Shown in pieces: positions 42,270 to 57,025 of a DNA stretch of 64,000 nucleotides. The notes beneath the pieces are model-generated. The model saw only the letters and a list, made by a program, of their open reading frames with translations, had not been told where the DNA came from and did no database searches. Within the stretch, counting starts at the first letter, position 1. The number at the start of each line of letters is the position of its first letter. The DNA comes from Eledone cirrhosa (taxonomy: Eukaryota), in contig OZ024740.1 in NCBI GenBank assembly GCA_964016885.1, positions 127,348,001 through 127,412,000 of the forward strand, given 5' to 3'. Position numbers and translations under genes: made by a program.

Positions 42270-42375
42270 AAATATCCAGTTCTGCGTTTACAGATTGATT
42301 TGTTAGTTTCAGAAGATCCCGTTAAGGGTGAAAGAAGCGATTCTTTGCTTAAACTTTAATCTGTTATTTTAATAA
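42270..42375 (+). ncRNA. ~105-bp cassette with HHR-like fold (U4A core)
   Basis: AGTTT-CAGAAGA-tCCC(gttaa)GGGt-GAAA-G.A..TGC-TT-AAACT at 42305-42355. Confidence 0.55.
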
Positions 42376-42378
42376 ATA

Positions 42379-42448
<70 letters not shown>

Positions 42449-42540
42449 CACATACATATATATATATATACATACACACACATATATATAAGAACATACA
42501 CACATACGTATATATATATATACATATATATATGTACATA

Positions 42541-45358
42541 TAACTTTGATAACTTTGATAACTGTGATAGGTTTCGGCCAGTATTGGCCCAGGCCATGTC
42601 TAACTTAATAGCACCCCCTGGCGAAGTCTTACAAATTAGTGTTTGGGCACCATGTCCCACTCGAGCAGAGAGTTATTGTTTACGGAGACATATCCGGTTG
42701 TAGGAGGCTTATTTGGGATTTATTGATGGAATTCTTGAACTTGATGAGATCTGTGTCTGCTTTGATGTGTTTTGGTGTAATGCTAAAGAGTGCAGGGCCA
42801 ATTGAGGTGAAATAATTATGCTGTAATGTTGCTATCAGATGCGAGTGAGATTTTTGTCGTGGGCGGATATCACGGGGCCCAAGCCTTGGATGTACATTAA
42901 AGGTGATGGCAACATCATTTGGGAAAAGCTGATGGAATATTTTCCACATCATGCAGATAATGTAGCGCTCAGGGCGACGTTGGAGAGAATAAAGTGAGCT
43001 TTTCTAATCGAGTCAAGACCGTCATGTCATCTTTCTTTTTGTAATTGAAATTTGGGGTGCTTCAACTTTCATGATACTTTGTTTCGTGTGGGGAGACCAC
43101 AGTGGACAACAGTATTCAAAGCGGGGTCGGGCAAAAGTGGAGAAGAGAAGGATAACAATGTGGATATCTCTCGACTGGAAAGTTCTGAGAATGCATGAAA
43201 AAATTCTGCGGGACATATCAACTTTGTTGTTTTTATGAGTGGCCCAGCTTATGTTGTTGTCCACAATTACTCCCAGGTCTCTGATGTTATTGGATGCCAC
43301 TAGAGTTTCACCCGAAGGAAGAGAGTATGGTAGTTTCAGGGCATCCTTTTTTTCCAAAGTGGATTAATTCAAACTTATCCTCAATCAACAGCATATTATT
43401 CATTTCTGTCCATTGGATACCAGCCAGTTGGTCTGACTGAAAGCAAGCCCAGTCCGGCACCTCATTGATGACGCTTTGGAGCTTGGAATCAACTGCGAAG
43501 ATATTTATGTTGCTGTGCTTGATGATGTCAGTAATGTCATTAATGTAGATGATGAGAAGAAGTGGGCCCAACACAGTGCCTTGTGGGACGCCACTGCTGA
43601 CTTTGGCAGGATTTGATTTTACTCCTTCGACTACAACATATTGGGTTCTGCCTGTCAGGAAACATTTGATCCACTGTAGTAACCTTTCAGAGACACCAAC
43701 ATTGGATAGTTTTTCAGTAGAATCTTATGATCAACCCTGTCGAAGGCCTTGCTGAAATCAAGGTAGATAACATCGGTGCTGGAGCCCTCTCCCAAGGCTC
43801 TCAAAAAATCGTCAAGGTGATGCAGGAGCTGCGTGAGGAGGTCCCTTCCATTACGGCACCCATGTTGGTTGGAGTTCAGCAGACCGTTACTTTCAAGTAA
43901 GTGGGTTATTCGTGATCTCACCACCCTCTGAAATACATTGATAATATGAGAGTTGAGTGAGATCGGACGGTAGTTCACCGCAAGGGACTTATTTCCCTAT
44001 TTGAAGACTGGGACCACGGACTGGGACAGAAAGTTATCAGGAATATATCCAGTGTCCAGTGAGTTCCTCCACAGATTAGCAAGAGGAGATGCAATTTGGT
44101 GTCGAGACACCTTCAGGACCCAAGCAGGGAACCTGTCGGGGCCTGCTGCTGAATTGTTTTTAATTTCGTTTATTGCCGCTAAGACATCAGTGGCACCAAA
44201 CGTTATGTCTGATATAGTGTGTTGGGGATTAACATCACTGACACGGCCAAGATCGGCCATATAAGGATTGCTGAAAACAGACCAGTATTGTTTCTGCAGT
44301 ATCTCGCCCATGGTTTTGGTATTGTCTTGGAGTGTGCCATTTTCATGAATTAGGGGGCCAACAGTGGGGACGGTGACCTTGTGTTTTTTAGCAAATGAAA
44401 AGAACACTTTGGGGTTGAGTTGAGTTTGATTTTCTCAATGGCCCACCTCCGTCCAGATATTCTCTGGTTATTGATGGTGGTCATCATGCATTGCTGGAGG
44501 TTATATTTGTTTGACTCAAGCAGGGCGATTGTCATCGAATGTATGTGTTGCTGTTGGCAGTATTTTAGTATGTTAATTGTTTTGTTTGTTCTTTTTATTT
44601 TTGTGATAATTGTTTTTCTGTTTCGAGGGATACTGCACTTGGTGTTGTTCACAGCTTTTGGTGGGGTGTGTTTTGTACATATATTTGTGACAGTGTTTAC
44701 AAAGATCTGCAAAGATGTTTTGATGTTGGTGGAAGTGTGTGCGTGTGTAAAAGACCAGTCGACATGTGATAGTTCGTTCATAATTGCATCCCAGTTGGCA
44801 TTGTAGAGATCCATGTTATCAAATGGGTGGGGTGGAAAGAGAACCCAGGGATTAGCTTTCGGCCGGTGGAATCTCAGGTTACAAAAAACCATGTCATGGT
44901 CTGAGAGTAGGGCTTTTTCCACTGTAATATTATGTATAGTGTTAGTGTGGTTACTAAACACTAGATCCAGAATGTTCTTCTGATGCCTCGTTGGTGCAAA
45001 GACAAGGTGGGACAAGAAAAACTCATTCATGAATTCAAGAAGTGACTCGACAGCTTCTTTGTCAGTGGTTGAGTTTGTGGTGCCTGGTTTCAAACTATAT
45101 GTAGACCACGACGCAAGGTAAAGTCTTCCATCAAAAGTGTGTTGCTAGAATGGCACTGTTTAATAAAGCATTTAATACTGTTGAGGCATTCTTTGAAGCA
45201 GATTATGGGTGTTTGTGGTGGCCTATAGAGCCCAACTAATGTCAGGTCATGGGCTTTATTGTGCACAGTGACTGATTCACAGTATCCATTAGAATACGTA
45301 AGGAAATCATGCAGGAAAATGGCAGTTCCCCCCTTCCTTCTGCCAACACGATCCGCAC

Positions 45359-45360
<2 letters not shown>
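42541..45360 (-). mobile_element. CR1-clade LINE, 5'-truncated ORF2 (APE endonuclease + RT), decayed
   Basis: RADR..RKGG, LYRPP, LDLVFSN, SDHDMV, AAGPD, NYRPISL, YLDFSKAFDRVDH, GVPQGTVLGPLL, FAVDSKL, EYCCPLWSP; (TTATCAAAG)n tail at 42541-42570. Confidence 0.93.
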
Positions 45361-45395
<35 letters not shown>

Positions 45396-45475
45396 TATAT
45401 ACACACACACATATATAAATATATACACATACACACATATATAATTACACACCTATATATATACATACATATATA

Positions 45476-46836
<1,361 letters not shown>

Positions 46837-46890
46837 AATTGAAATAGTGAAGAATAACATGGTCAACAGTACAAAAAAGGGGATTTATTT

Positions 46891-47002
46891 ACAGTCTAAC
46901 AATTGCTTCTCTGATTAAGTTGTCTAAAAATTGCTGAACACTAGAAGCAGTGTCACTCAATTTGAAATACGATGCTAGCCCGTTCAGATCATCAGAATCT
47001 GT
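46891..47002 (-). ncRNA. type I HHR (A15.1 to G, degenerate)
   Basis: inverted homolog of 50519-50630. Confidence 0.65.
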
Positions 47003-47855
47003 TACAAAATATATATATATAACCGACAAATTTACAAATTCAAATTACATCATCAATAATAATATTAATAATAAATATAGAGAGAGAAAAAAATAAAGAA
47101 AGAAAGGGAGATAGATGAATGAAAAAAAGAAAGGAAAATGAAAAAGAAAAAAAAAGAAGAGAAAGAAAATGAAAAAATGAGGAATGAATACAGAGAAAAA
47201 TATAGAGAGAAGAAAAAATATGGAGAAATGATGGTAGAAAGAGGAGAGACAAGCATAAGGAGAAATAACGTAGGAGAGAAAGAAAAATAGAGGGAAAATA
47301 ATATCAATAAATCAATAATATCAATAATTATAAAAATAAATACATGAATAAATAAATAAATAAATAAATTACATCCAATATGATAAAAAAAAAGGTACAA
47401 AATGTGCAAAATGAAAAATGAAAATATGAAAATAAATAAGTAAAAAAGTAAAAATGTGCGAATAAAATTTAAACATATTAAGATTATTGAAAGTGGTTTT
47501 TGATAGTGGCTAAAATATAGAGAGATACACAGAGATACACGAAGGTATAAATATGATAATGTTAAATATACTTATGTGTGTATTGGTTATTTTAATAAAT
47601 AAATAAATTAATTAGTTGTAAGTTATATTATATGATAAAATATAATGCCGCAGATGAAATAAATTTAGGGAGAGAAATATAGAGATAGAGAGTGAAAGGT
47701 AGAGATATATAAAATAAGAATGTAAATATAAGAGGTTTTCATGTTGTTCATTGATAGATGATGACAATTATAATAATAATGATGATGATGATGATGATAA
47801 TGTGATATATTAGATCTAAGTGGACATTTCGGGTTATGGAATAGATAAGAAGAAC

Positions 47856-49893
47856 TTAAGCTGGTCTAAAGTTCTCAAATTTGGTCGGCGTTTTATGCCG
47901 ACAAAAAATAGTTCTTTCAATTTTAATGTTAAGAAGGTTTTTATTGTAATTTAAAATTTGGAAAAGTTCCATATTACAGAGACCGCAGAGGGACATACCA
48001 ATTTGATAGGCCGTTGCTTTTGATAGCTTCGTCCAGCTGATTTTATATTCCATGTTTGCATCCTTGAGTTGCCAGATTTTATTGGCGAGAGTCGGTGTAT
48101 TTAAGAGGTTCCTGTTATTCATAGGGTGTCTATGGACGTACCACCTTTTCTTAAACTCCCCAGCTGTGGAGCCAATGTAATGCCATGCTAAGCTACCTGA
48201 ATTTATAGTACATAGGTATAATATATTTGTCTCTAGGAATCTATTTTGTAATAGGCATTTGTCAGCTAGATGGCAGTTACATTTAGATGCTTTTCTATTT
48301 GCCGGTTCTTTGATATGGTTTTGTAGGTTGCTATGTACGGATTGAGAGTTGGGTTTATTGATGTATTGTGGTGATGTGTGCTGACGTGTGTTTGGTTGTG
48401 ATGATGTTATATGCTTATGTTTTGTATTTGGTGTTATGGTACTTATTTGCGGCCTACTTGTATTATAAATTATTTTATAGTAAATTTTATGTATGTGCGA
48501 TTCTACTTCGTTGGCAGTGGAGTATGCTAGTTTGATAGTTTTTCTATTAAATATTTTATGATATTTATGAATTTTAGGGAAGTGTTTGTCAACCAAGTTG
48601 AAGAAAGTGTAAGGTAGTTTTGTTTTTATAGAGGAGTTAAACATTGGATTGAACCATAAGTAGTTTCTATTTCTGCATCTTCTAGAGTTATTAGTGGTCT
48701 TTATATTAGTATTCTGTTCAATTTATTTCCGTCCCTGTTGCCTAAATTATTAAAGAAGTTTGTAATCTTTTTTCTTAATCTTTCTGAGTTTTGATTATTT
48801 AAGTTTTTAGCTAAAAACAGTGTATCGTCTCTATAAATTCCTCCTTATAGGTTATCAAATTCCCTATGTAAAATATGTGCTATACAAATTCCGACAATGT
48901 CTGTAACTTGGGCTGAATCATTTGATCCCATAGTTATATCGAAGTTATTCTGTCTATTTTTTCGTTCCCAGTAACTATTGTCGAATCTATTGATTGTTCT
49001 TCTAGCAGCTAGTATTATTTTAATTTCGTCTGGTGAAAGGTCAGAGTTTTTTCGTGCAAAGGATAGTGTATTATTTGGGGTTACTGGAGAAATAGAATAG
49101 TAGTAGTCATTTATGTCAAATTGTATAAAGTCGAAAGATTCTCTATTGTCTAATTTATTAAACCAATCTATTGCTTCATTTGTGTTAGCCCAGAGCTGGA
49201 TTATTAGTTTTTTCTTTAATTTGTGATATTATTCTATCTAGTATAAACTTGCTAATTCTCCCTATATCTGATTTTGATAGACATATTAATCTCATAGTAG
49301 GGTTAGTTTCGAAGTTACATGTATGACCCTTCAGATTAAAAGTGGGTTTACAAGGGGTTAGAGGTTTGGTTGTATCAGATATTTTAAGTGTTTTTACTAT
49401 GTTAAGACCTCCCTTGTTAATGCTATTGAGTGTAGACTGTAGTTTTCTTGTATTTTTTATGTAATTCCCGGCGTATAAAGTTGTTGTATGTATTAAGGCT
49501 CATGGTGTATACATTTGATGTTTTGTCTGCCTTTACTATAATACCATTGGTGTTACGTAATTTTGTTAGTAGTGCATTGATGTCATTTTGCAGTTTGTTA
49601 TGATGTGTACGTTTTTTGAATTTAGTTTCTTTTATCATGTTCATGAGCTCAAGTTCAAAGGCATCAAGTTGTGGGTGGCTCGGTGGATTTTTGCAGGATC
49701 TAAACCCATACTTTTCACTGGTAGACCTCTTATTATTTATATCATTATTATTATGTCCTTTATCGTAATGATATGCTTTCCATATGATTCTACCGATAAA
49801 GTTATTAGTTCTATGTGTCATACCGAGCATATATTCATTATTTGTAGGTATAGGTATGTTTTTTAAGGACATTCCTATGTAGTGTCTTTCCAT
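47856..49893 (-). pseudogene. Penelope RT + GIY-YIG, frameshifted, with the thumb region deleted near 48740
   Basis: MERHYIGMSLKNIPIP, KADKTSN, FDITMGSNDSAQVTD, IYRDD, WHYIGSTAGEFKKRWYVH, CGLCNME, FCRHK. Confidence 0.92.
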
Positions 49894-50518
49894 GTTAGTG
49901 CCGTGCGTTAAATTAATTGCTCAACCTAATGGGATAAGGGATAACAAAATATCGTTATAGGTAATCCAGTTAGAGGTTGTGAATACTTCTTATTATGGAT
50001 AGTTTTAGCGTATGGCGTTGTTTGACTCAACAAGATATTTTCTTCGCACATTTTTATTTTTTACTTATTTATTTTCAAATTTTAACTTTTTCACATTTTG
50101 TACCATTTTGTATCACATTGGATGTAAATTATTTAGTTATTTATTTATATATTTATTTGTATTTACATTTATTCATGTATTAACGTTTATTCATTTATCG
50201 TTGATATCATTATTTTCACTCTATTTTTCTTTCTCTCCTACGATATTTTCCCTTATGCTTGTCTCTCCTCTTTCTACCATCATTTCTCCATATTTTTTCT
50301 TCTCTCTATATTTTTCTCTATATTCATTTCTCCTTTCTCCATTTCTTTCTCTTTTTGTTTTTGTTTTTCATTTTTCTTTTTCCTTTTCCTCTCTTTCTTT
50401 CCTTTATCTATCTCGATTTCTTTCTTTATTTTTTTTCTCTCGCTATCTTTATTATTAATATTATTATTGATGATGTAATTTGAATTTGTAAATTTGCCGG
50501 TTATATATACTTTTGGTA

Positions 50519-50630
50519 ACAGTTTCTGATGATCGGATCGAGCTAGCATCGTATTTGAATTTGAGTGGCACTACTTCTAGCGTTCAGCAATTGTTAAACA
50601 ACTTAATCAGAGAAACAATTGTTAGACTGT
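50519..50630 (+). ncRNA. type I HHR with ~80-nt stem II domain
   Basis: ACAGTTT-CTGATGA-TCgGAT...ATCaGA-GAAA-CAATTG-TT-AGACTGT. Confidence 0.85.
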
Positions 50631-50849
50631 AAATGAATCTCCTTGTTTGTACTCTTGACCATGTTATTCTTCACTTTTTCAATTGTATTATTCCAAGATT
50701 AACTTACATAGGAATACAAGTGAAATCATAAACTCGTCATCTACGTAAACCTCTTGTTGAGTCAAACAACGCCGTACGTTAAACTATCCATAATAAGAAG
50801 TATTCACAAACTCTAACTGGATGACTACCTATAACGATATTTTGTTATC

Positions 50850-50922
<73 letters not shown>

Positions 50923-50926
<4 letters not shown>

Positions 50927-51747
50927 CTAGAAATTGTTTGACATATAAATAAACATATGAAACTATCATAGGGGACAATTTGTAAAAGTGTGTAACCAAA
51001 CATAGCTAGGTAGGTAACTAAATAAAGTTTAACTAGAGCTCACAAATGATTAATCTTCCCTGTATATAGTCCATTAAAGAAATATATGTCACCAATTAAT
51101 CAATTGGTAAACAACGGAAGCCAGATCCTGGATTTTCAACAAGGAAGAGGTCCAACCATCTGTGTTTACGCATCAAATTCAAATCAGCGACTGGCTAGTA
51201 ACACGTGCTGTATTTACTAAAAATACACACATCATACCAGCTTCGTCCCGGTGGCGTGAATAGGGCTATCGACAACTAGAAACAGCAGTCAAATCCTTTC
51301 AACTGAGTTAGCTCTACAATTAAGGGGCCGTATTTATATATATATATATCCAAAATTAAGATAAATTAAATTAAATTAAATTAAGGGAGTCATGCCGGAT
51401 AGACATGCGCCATATCACCCATAAAATATGCTCCAAGATTCTAATGAATAGATCCGAGCATTTTATATCAACAAGAAATTGATTGACATATAAATAAACA
51501 TATGAAACAATCACAGGGGATAATTTGTAAAAGTGTATAAGCACACATAGCTAGGTAGGTAACTAAATAAAGTTTAACTAGAGATTCAAAAATAGATATC
51601 TTATAAAATGATTAACCTTCCTAGTATATATTACATTATTTCACCAATTAATCGATTGGTAAACGACAGAAGCCAGATCCTGAATTTTCAACAAGGAAGA
51701 GTTCCAACCATCTGTGTTTACGCATCAAATTCAAATCAGCGACTGGT
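50923..51747. repeat. ORF-less partial tandem element, unit about 545-552 nt
   Basis: about 50925-51194 is repeated at about 51470-51747. Confidence 0.8.
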
Positions 51748-52075
51748 ATGGTAACCTCCCAAAAGTCACCTCAAAAGTGATTCAGAAGAGACTGAGGTTA
51801 GCTGGACATGCTAACCGACTTCCAGAGTTCACATTGCACTCAGTGCTCCTGTGGAGCCCCTACATGGACACACTGGAAGAGGAAGACCAATGTTAACGTA
51901 TGTTGATGCCCTAAGGACAGACACTGTTCTGTTGGAGACGCAGGGCATGGCAGCGATAATGAGGGACAGAGACCGCTGGAGAGAACTCGTCCATGGATCT
52001 CGGTAATTTTACCCGCCCTAGAAATATATAGTAATAATAGTAATAATAATAAAATCCAAAGAGGGCTCGATAAGG

Positions 52076-52078
<3 letters not shown>
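51748..52078 (+). mobile_element. RTE LINE 3' end
   Basis: YGNLPKVTSKV..KRLRLAGH...GRGRP.LTYVD.L..DT...MRDRDRWR; (TAA/TAG)n tail. Confidence 0.88.
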
Positions 52079-52153
<75 letters not shown>

Positions 52154-52170
52154 TATATATATATATATAA

Positions 52171-52258
<88 letters not shown>

Positions 52259-52277
52259 ATTTATATATATATATATA

Positions 52278-54185
52278 TAATCCTCATCGAGCCTTCTTTG
52301 TAATTTATTCTTCAAATTTATTATTATTACTATTATTACTATATATTTCTAGGGCGGGTAAAAACACCGAGATCCATGGACGAGTTCTGTCCAGCGGTCT
52401 CTGTCCCTCATTATCGCTGCCATGCCCTGCGTCTCCAACAGGACAGTGTTTGTCTTTAGGGCATCAACATACGTTAACATTGGTCTTCCTCTTCCAGTGT
52501 GTCCATGAGTTTCTTGGTGCGTGTCCAAGGCTCAGACCCGTACACACAGCACAGACTCCACTACAGCAATGAAGAGGCGGATTTTCAGGTCTTTATGAAG
52601 GTTCGACTTCCACACCGATCTCAAGCTGTGGCAAGCGGCCCAGGCTTTGCTCTTCCTCTCAACCACATCATCTTCCGTATTCCAAATCTTTGCTCCCAAA
52701 TACAGGAAGTTCTCAACCAATTCTAGCGGCTTCCCGCCTACATTAGTGATCCCCTCTAGTGTCCAAGTCCCAGATTGATTTCATTCTGGTGAGGGAAAAG
52801 TGGCGGAATATTGTTTTGAACACTGAACCATACAACTAAGTAGTACACTGGTAGTACACTTCAGTACACTGGGTAGTGACCATAGGCTTGTTATGAGTGA
52901 GTTCCGGTTGAGCTTAAGAAATAGCAAGGCTCAGTCCCGGGGAGCAATGTATAACTGGGGAGATTTCAAGGAAGATGATAAGCTACAGTAGAGGTTTAAG
53001 TGGAAATGAGGAACAGGTTCAGTGCTCTGTGTGGAGAGACAGAGGAGAGAGAGATTGAATGGACTGAGGAGAATGTGACGACGAGGTACGGGCACTTCAC
53101 CAAAGCAGTGGCGGAAGCAAGTGAGACCCTGGTGCCGAGGAGAAAGAACAAAAGGAAGCACGTCAGCTCTGCAGACTCAAATGTGTGTGCAGCCAGAGAA
53201 CACCTGAAAGCTGCCAAGGACAAATTCTATGCTGATCCTACGGAGGAGAGGATGGAAACTGTGAAGGTGATGAGGGAGGAACTTTGTACCGGTTACACTG
53301 AGGCCAGAGAGGAGGCACTGATAGAGAAGATCATAAGTGTGGAGAGAGCGGTTGACAGGTCTGGATGTAAGGGGAGCTGGATGATCATCAACGAGATCAC
53401 AGGGAGGAAGAGAAGGTGTTCAAGTCAGATCCAGGGAACAGGGCCCGATGATAGGAAGAGGAAATGGTTAGACCATTTTAGGACCCTACTAGGAGAGCCA
53501 CCCTCCACAGCCCAGAGCACTGGGGAGCTCTGACAGCTTTTTAAAGAACTGGATATTGAGACAGAGCCCTTCACCAGAGGGGAGCTTCAGAAAGCCAAGA
53601 AGATCAAGGAGGGCAAGGCTCATGGAGAAGATGGAGTGGGATCAGAGGTGATGAAGAGGTGTGATTTTGTAACCAGGCACTGGAGAAAGGAGTTGCCCCA
53701 AATCAGTGGAGGATCAGTAACATCGTTCCAGTGCCAAAGAAGGGAGATCTCTCTAATACGAACAACTACAGGGGGTGTCACTGACGTCACTTGTGGCAAA
53801 TACCCTCAACAGGATGGTTCTTAACAGGATCCAGCCTGAGATGGAGAAGAAGCTCAGGGACAACCAGAGCCGCTTCAGAGAGGGAGGATCAACCACGAGT
53901 CACATCCTGATGTTGAGGAGGATATTAGAGGGAGCTATAGCAAAGTGCCTTCCTGCGGTCATGGTTTTCATTGACTTTCGGAAGCCCTTTGATTCTGTGG
54001 ACCGTCACTGCCCGATGAAGATCTTACAGACTTATGGAATCCCCAAGAAGATAGTAGACCTGATATCACTGCTCTACACCAACACCAAAGCCCAAGTCAT
54101 TACACCTGGTGGGATGACTGAGTTCTTTGAGATACTGGCTGGAGTGCACCAGGGAGATACATTGGCTCCCTACCTTTTTATCACA
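52278..54185 (-). mobile_element. RTE LINE with 5' inversion (3' end on - at 52278-52760; internal ORF2 on + at 52760-54185)
   Basis: VENFLYLGAKI...KIRLFIAVVESVL on -; NRFSAL, NYRG.SLTS, FIDFRKPFDSV, GVHQGDTLAPYLF on +. Confidence 0.88.
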
Positions 54186-54366
54186 CATTCCTCCAAGTTA
54201 TCCCGGATAAACCTCCTACATACGGATATGTCTACGTAAACCAGAACTCTTTACTTCAGTAGGCCATGATATCCAAATCCCGATCTGAAAGACTTCGTTT
54301 GGTGGTGCTCTTAAGTAAGACATGGCTGGGTCCAATACTGACCGAAACCCGTCAATGCTATCAAAG

Positions 54367-54414
<48 letters not shown>

Positions 54415-54834
54415 ATACGATTGGCATCTGCATATTCCGTCCACAAACTTTCACCAGCATGGCGTCAACTAACGCGATGCAATAGCAGAGGATACTTGCC
54501 AGAGTTGCCTTAATAGTAGATACCAAACGGTGTGGTTGTGAAACGGCTTGCCGTTAAACCCACAGCCATAAAGGTTCTTATTTTCATAGTCTTATATACT
54601 GTCTATTTATGTCTATGCATCAATTCTAAACTCAATACACGAACCATCATTTTCTAATGAAACAACATTCCATATTACTATTCCATGATAATATAACGAA
54701 TAATAATTGTCGAAAACTATTAGTATGTATTAAAAAGAAGTTTCACTGTAGGAAAACCTAGAATTTATTTTGACCTTGCACTCTAAATATAATACAATCA
54801 CGACATGTATTCAGTATACCATTATTTGTAAACG

Positions 54835-54896
<62 letters not shown>

Positions 54897-55567
54897 ATGT
54901 ATATATGTGTTTGCGTGTGTATAATATAGACATATGTATTCTATTGTATTATATTATAGATATAGATGTATATATATAGACAGATAGATACGAAATGCAC
55001 ACAAACACACAAACACACACACACATACATAATATATATATATATATATATATACCAATTTCATAGTGAATTTGTGAATTTATTTAACAAATATGTAGAT
55101 TCATTTGTAAGTCCTCGTGTTATAGATAATGTTTTGCCTTTCTATTTCTAAGGTGTACAAAAAAACTTTGTATGAACCTTTTTTCACATTAGATAGGAAT
55201 GAATTGTAATGCAGCATAATCAAAAGTCTTAAAATGCTTTTCTTGCTTTTTTGTTCGTCGCATTTGTAAATATATTGTGTAAGAAATAATTGTACCTCCT
55301 GTTGTTAGTATCAAATAATTCAAATAGAATATGTTGCCTTTGAAAGTGGATAATGTATTATGTTACAACAGTAATGTTAATGAAACAATAACATATATTC
55401 ACAAAAAAAAATGTTATTGTCTTGTAACAAAGGAACATGTATATATGCAAATTCAGTTTTCTTTTTTCCATTACCATATTCTCTAGAAGCACACTTACAC
55501 AGAAATAAAGATGTATGTCTGCATGTATATACGGGAAAACTTGTTTACGTAGGTGTGTATGTATATT

Positions 55568-55631
<64 letters not shown>

Positions 55632-55652
55632 AGAGAGAGACCTGTGGTTTAA

Positions 55653-56443
55653 TCTATATATATAAAACAGAGGATGTCTGTCTGTCTGTTTCCTTAAAAC
55701 TCGAGAAGTACCCAACCAGTTTTTTTCAAACTTTATACATATAACTCGTATGACCCGAGAAGTGTTTTGAGCATAAAACATTTCAAATTTTCAATGCCCT
55801 AGGGACCGCATTAGGCGATTTAGCGATCTCTTTCTCTTTCTCTTAGTCTTTCTCTTTTTAGATAGATACATAGATATGACGTCGCGCCTTCATAATATCT
55901 GTCTGTATGCCTGTCTGCCTGCATTACGTCATTATGACGCGATCAGTGTGTGTGTGTGTATATATTCTTATGCCAGGGAACGTCTTCACGAACCAAAGTA
56001 TCGTCTTCCTGTTTTCCAGATTGATTTTTTTAGTTTAAGAAGATCCCGTTAAGGTTGAAAGCAGCGATTCTTTGCTTAAACATTAATATGTTATTTTAAT
56101 ATAGATATTTGTGTACAGATATTTTTGCATACACAAAAACAAAATATAAACAAACAAGGCCAAAGATTACATCAATTAGTCTTAGTGTATGTACTGCATA
56201 CTGCTTTTAGGTAGAATATCGCGTTAAGAGTGAAATCAGTGATTCTTTGCTTAAACTTTAGTCTGTTATTTTAATATATATATATAATTATATATTTATG
56301 GACAGATATTTTTGCATACACAATAACAAAATATAAACAAACGTATTTATTTCACCAGGTTCGATAAGGATAAATATATATAAGGATAAATATATATAAG
56401 AACCCTATAGCAAATCCCGAGCAACGCCGGGCCATTCTGTTAG
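55653..56443 (+). mobile_element. non-autonomous Helitron
   Basis: a|TCtatatatataaaacagag 5' end; cccg-agcaacgc-cggg hairpin then TTAG|t 3' end. Confidence 0.8.
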
Positions 56444-56835
56444 TACTATATAAATGTGTTGATGCTTAACGTAAGATTAGAAAGAGAACAAACGTTTACA
56501 TTTCCGCAACACTAAATGTGAAGATAAATTGCAATTATGTTCAACCGAGTGCATCTGTCACATTTACATATTTATTCTTTGTGTGACGGTATTAAGGAAA
56601 ACGCTGGCAAAGCCTACAAGGTTTGTGTTTCAATTTCAAAACAGCTTGCTCGTGAAATCTATAATCCACATCATCGTCCGTCTTACATTCTCAAATATCT
56701 TAGATTACCTTTCTGTTGACATTTCGCTTATGTACGTCGCTTTCCTTACGTTGAAGTGGAAAACAAAAAAAACGGATCAGACTTAGAAATCTTGCAGGCG
56801 TCACACTCCATTTCCTTACACTGAAATCACAAATA

Positions 56836-57025
56836 ATAATTGTTTCTACCTTTGGCACAAGGCCAGCAATTACCCAGCACGTTACTGGTACTTTATTTTA
56901 TCGACGCCATAAGGATGAAAGGCAAAGTTAACCTCGACGGGATTTGAACTCAGACCGTAAAGGGACGTAACTATGCTAGAAAGCATGGCGTCTAACCCTC
57001 TACCAATACTGCTAATTCGATGCTA
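56836..57025 (-). mobile_element. tRNA-derived SINE
   Basis: reverse-complement homolog of 24110-24298. Confidence 0.85.

Larger units (their letters stand above)
46838..50853 (-). mobile_element. Penelope (Naiad-type) with internal deletion and long inverted pLTR
   Basis: 46838-47470 is inverted relative to 50035-50685; 50752-50853 is an inverted copy of the 5'UTR 49934-50034. Confidence 0.92.

Noticed and set aside
54185-54560. GAAACCCGTC and GAAACGGCTTGCCGTT as HHR 3' halves
   Set aside because: No matching CUGANGA plus stem I found upstream
56529-56786. Possible mariner-like HTH remnant or host exon
   Set aside because: Only vague similarity; no supportable motif or splice context
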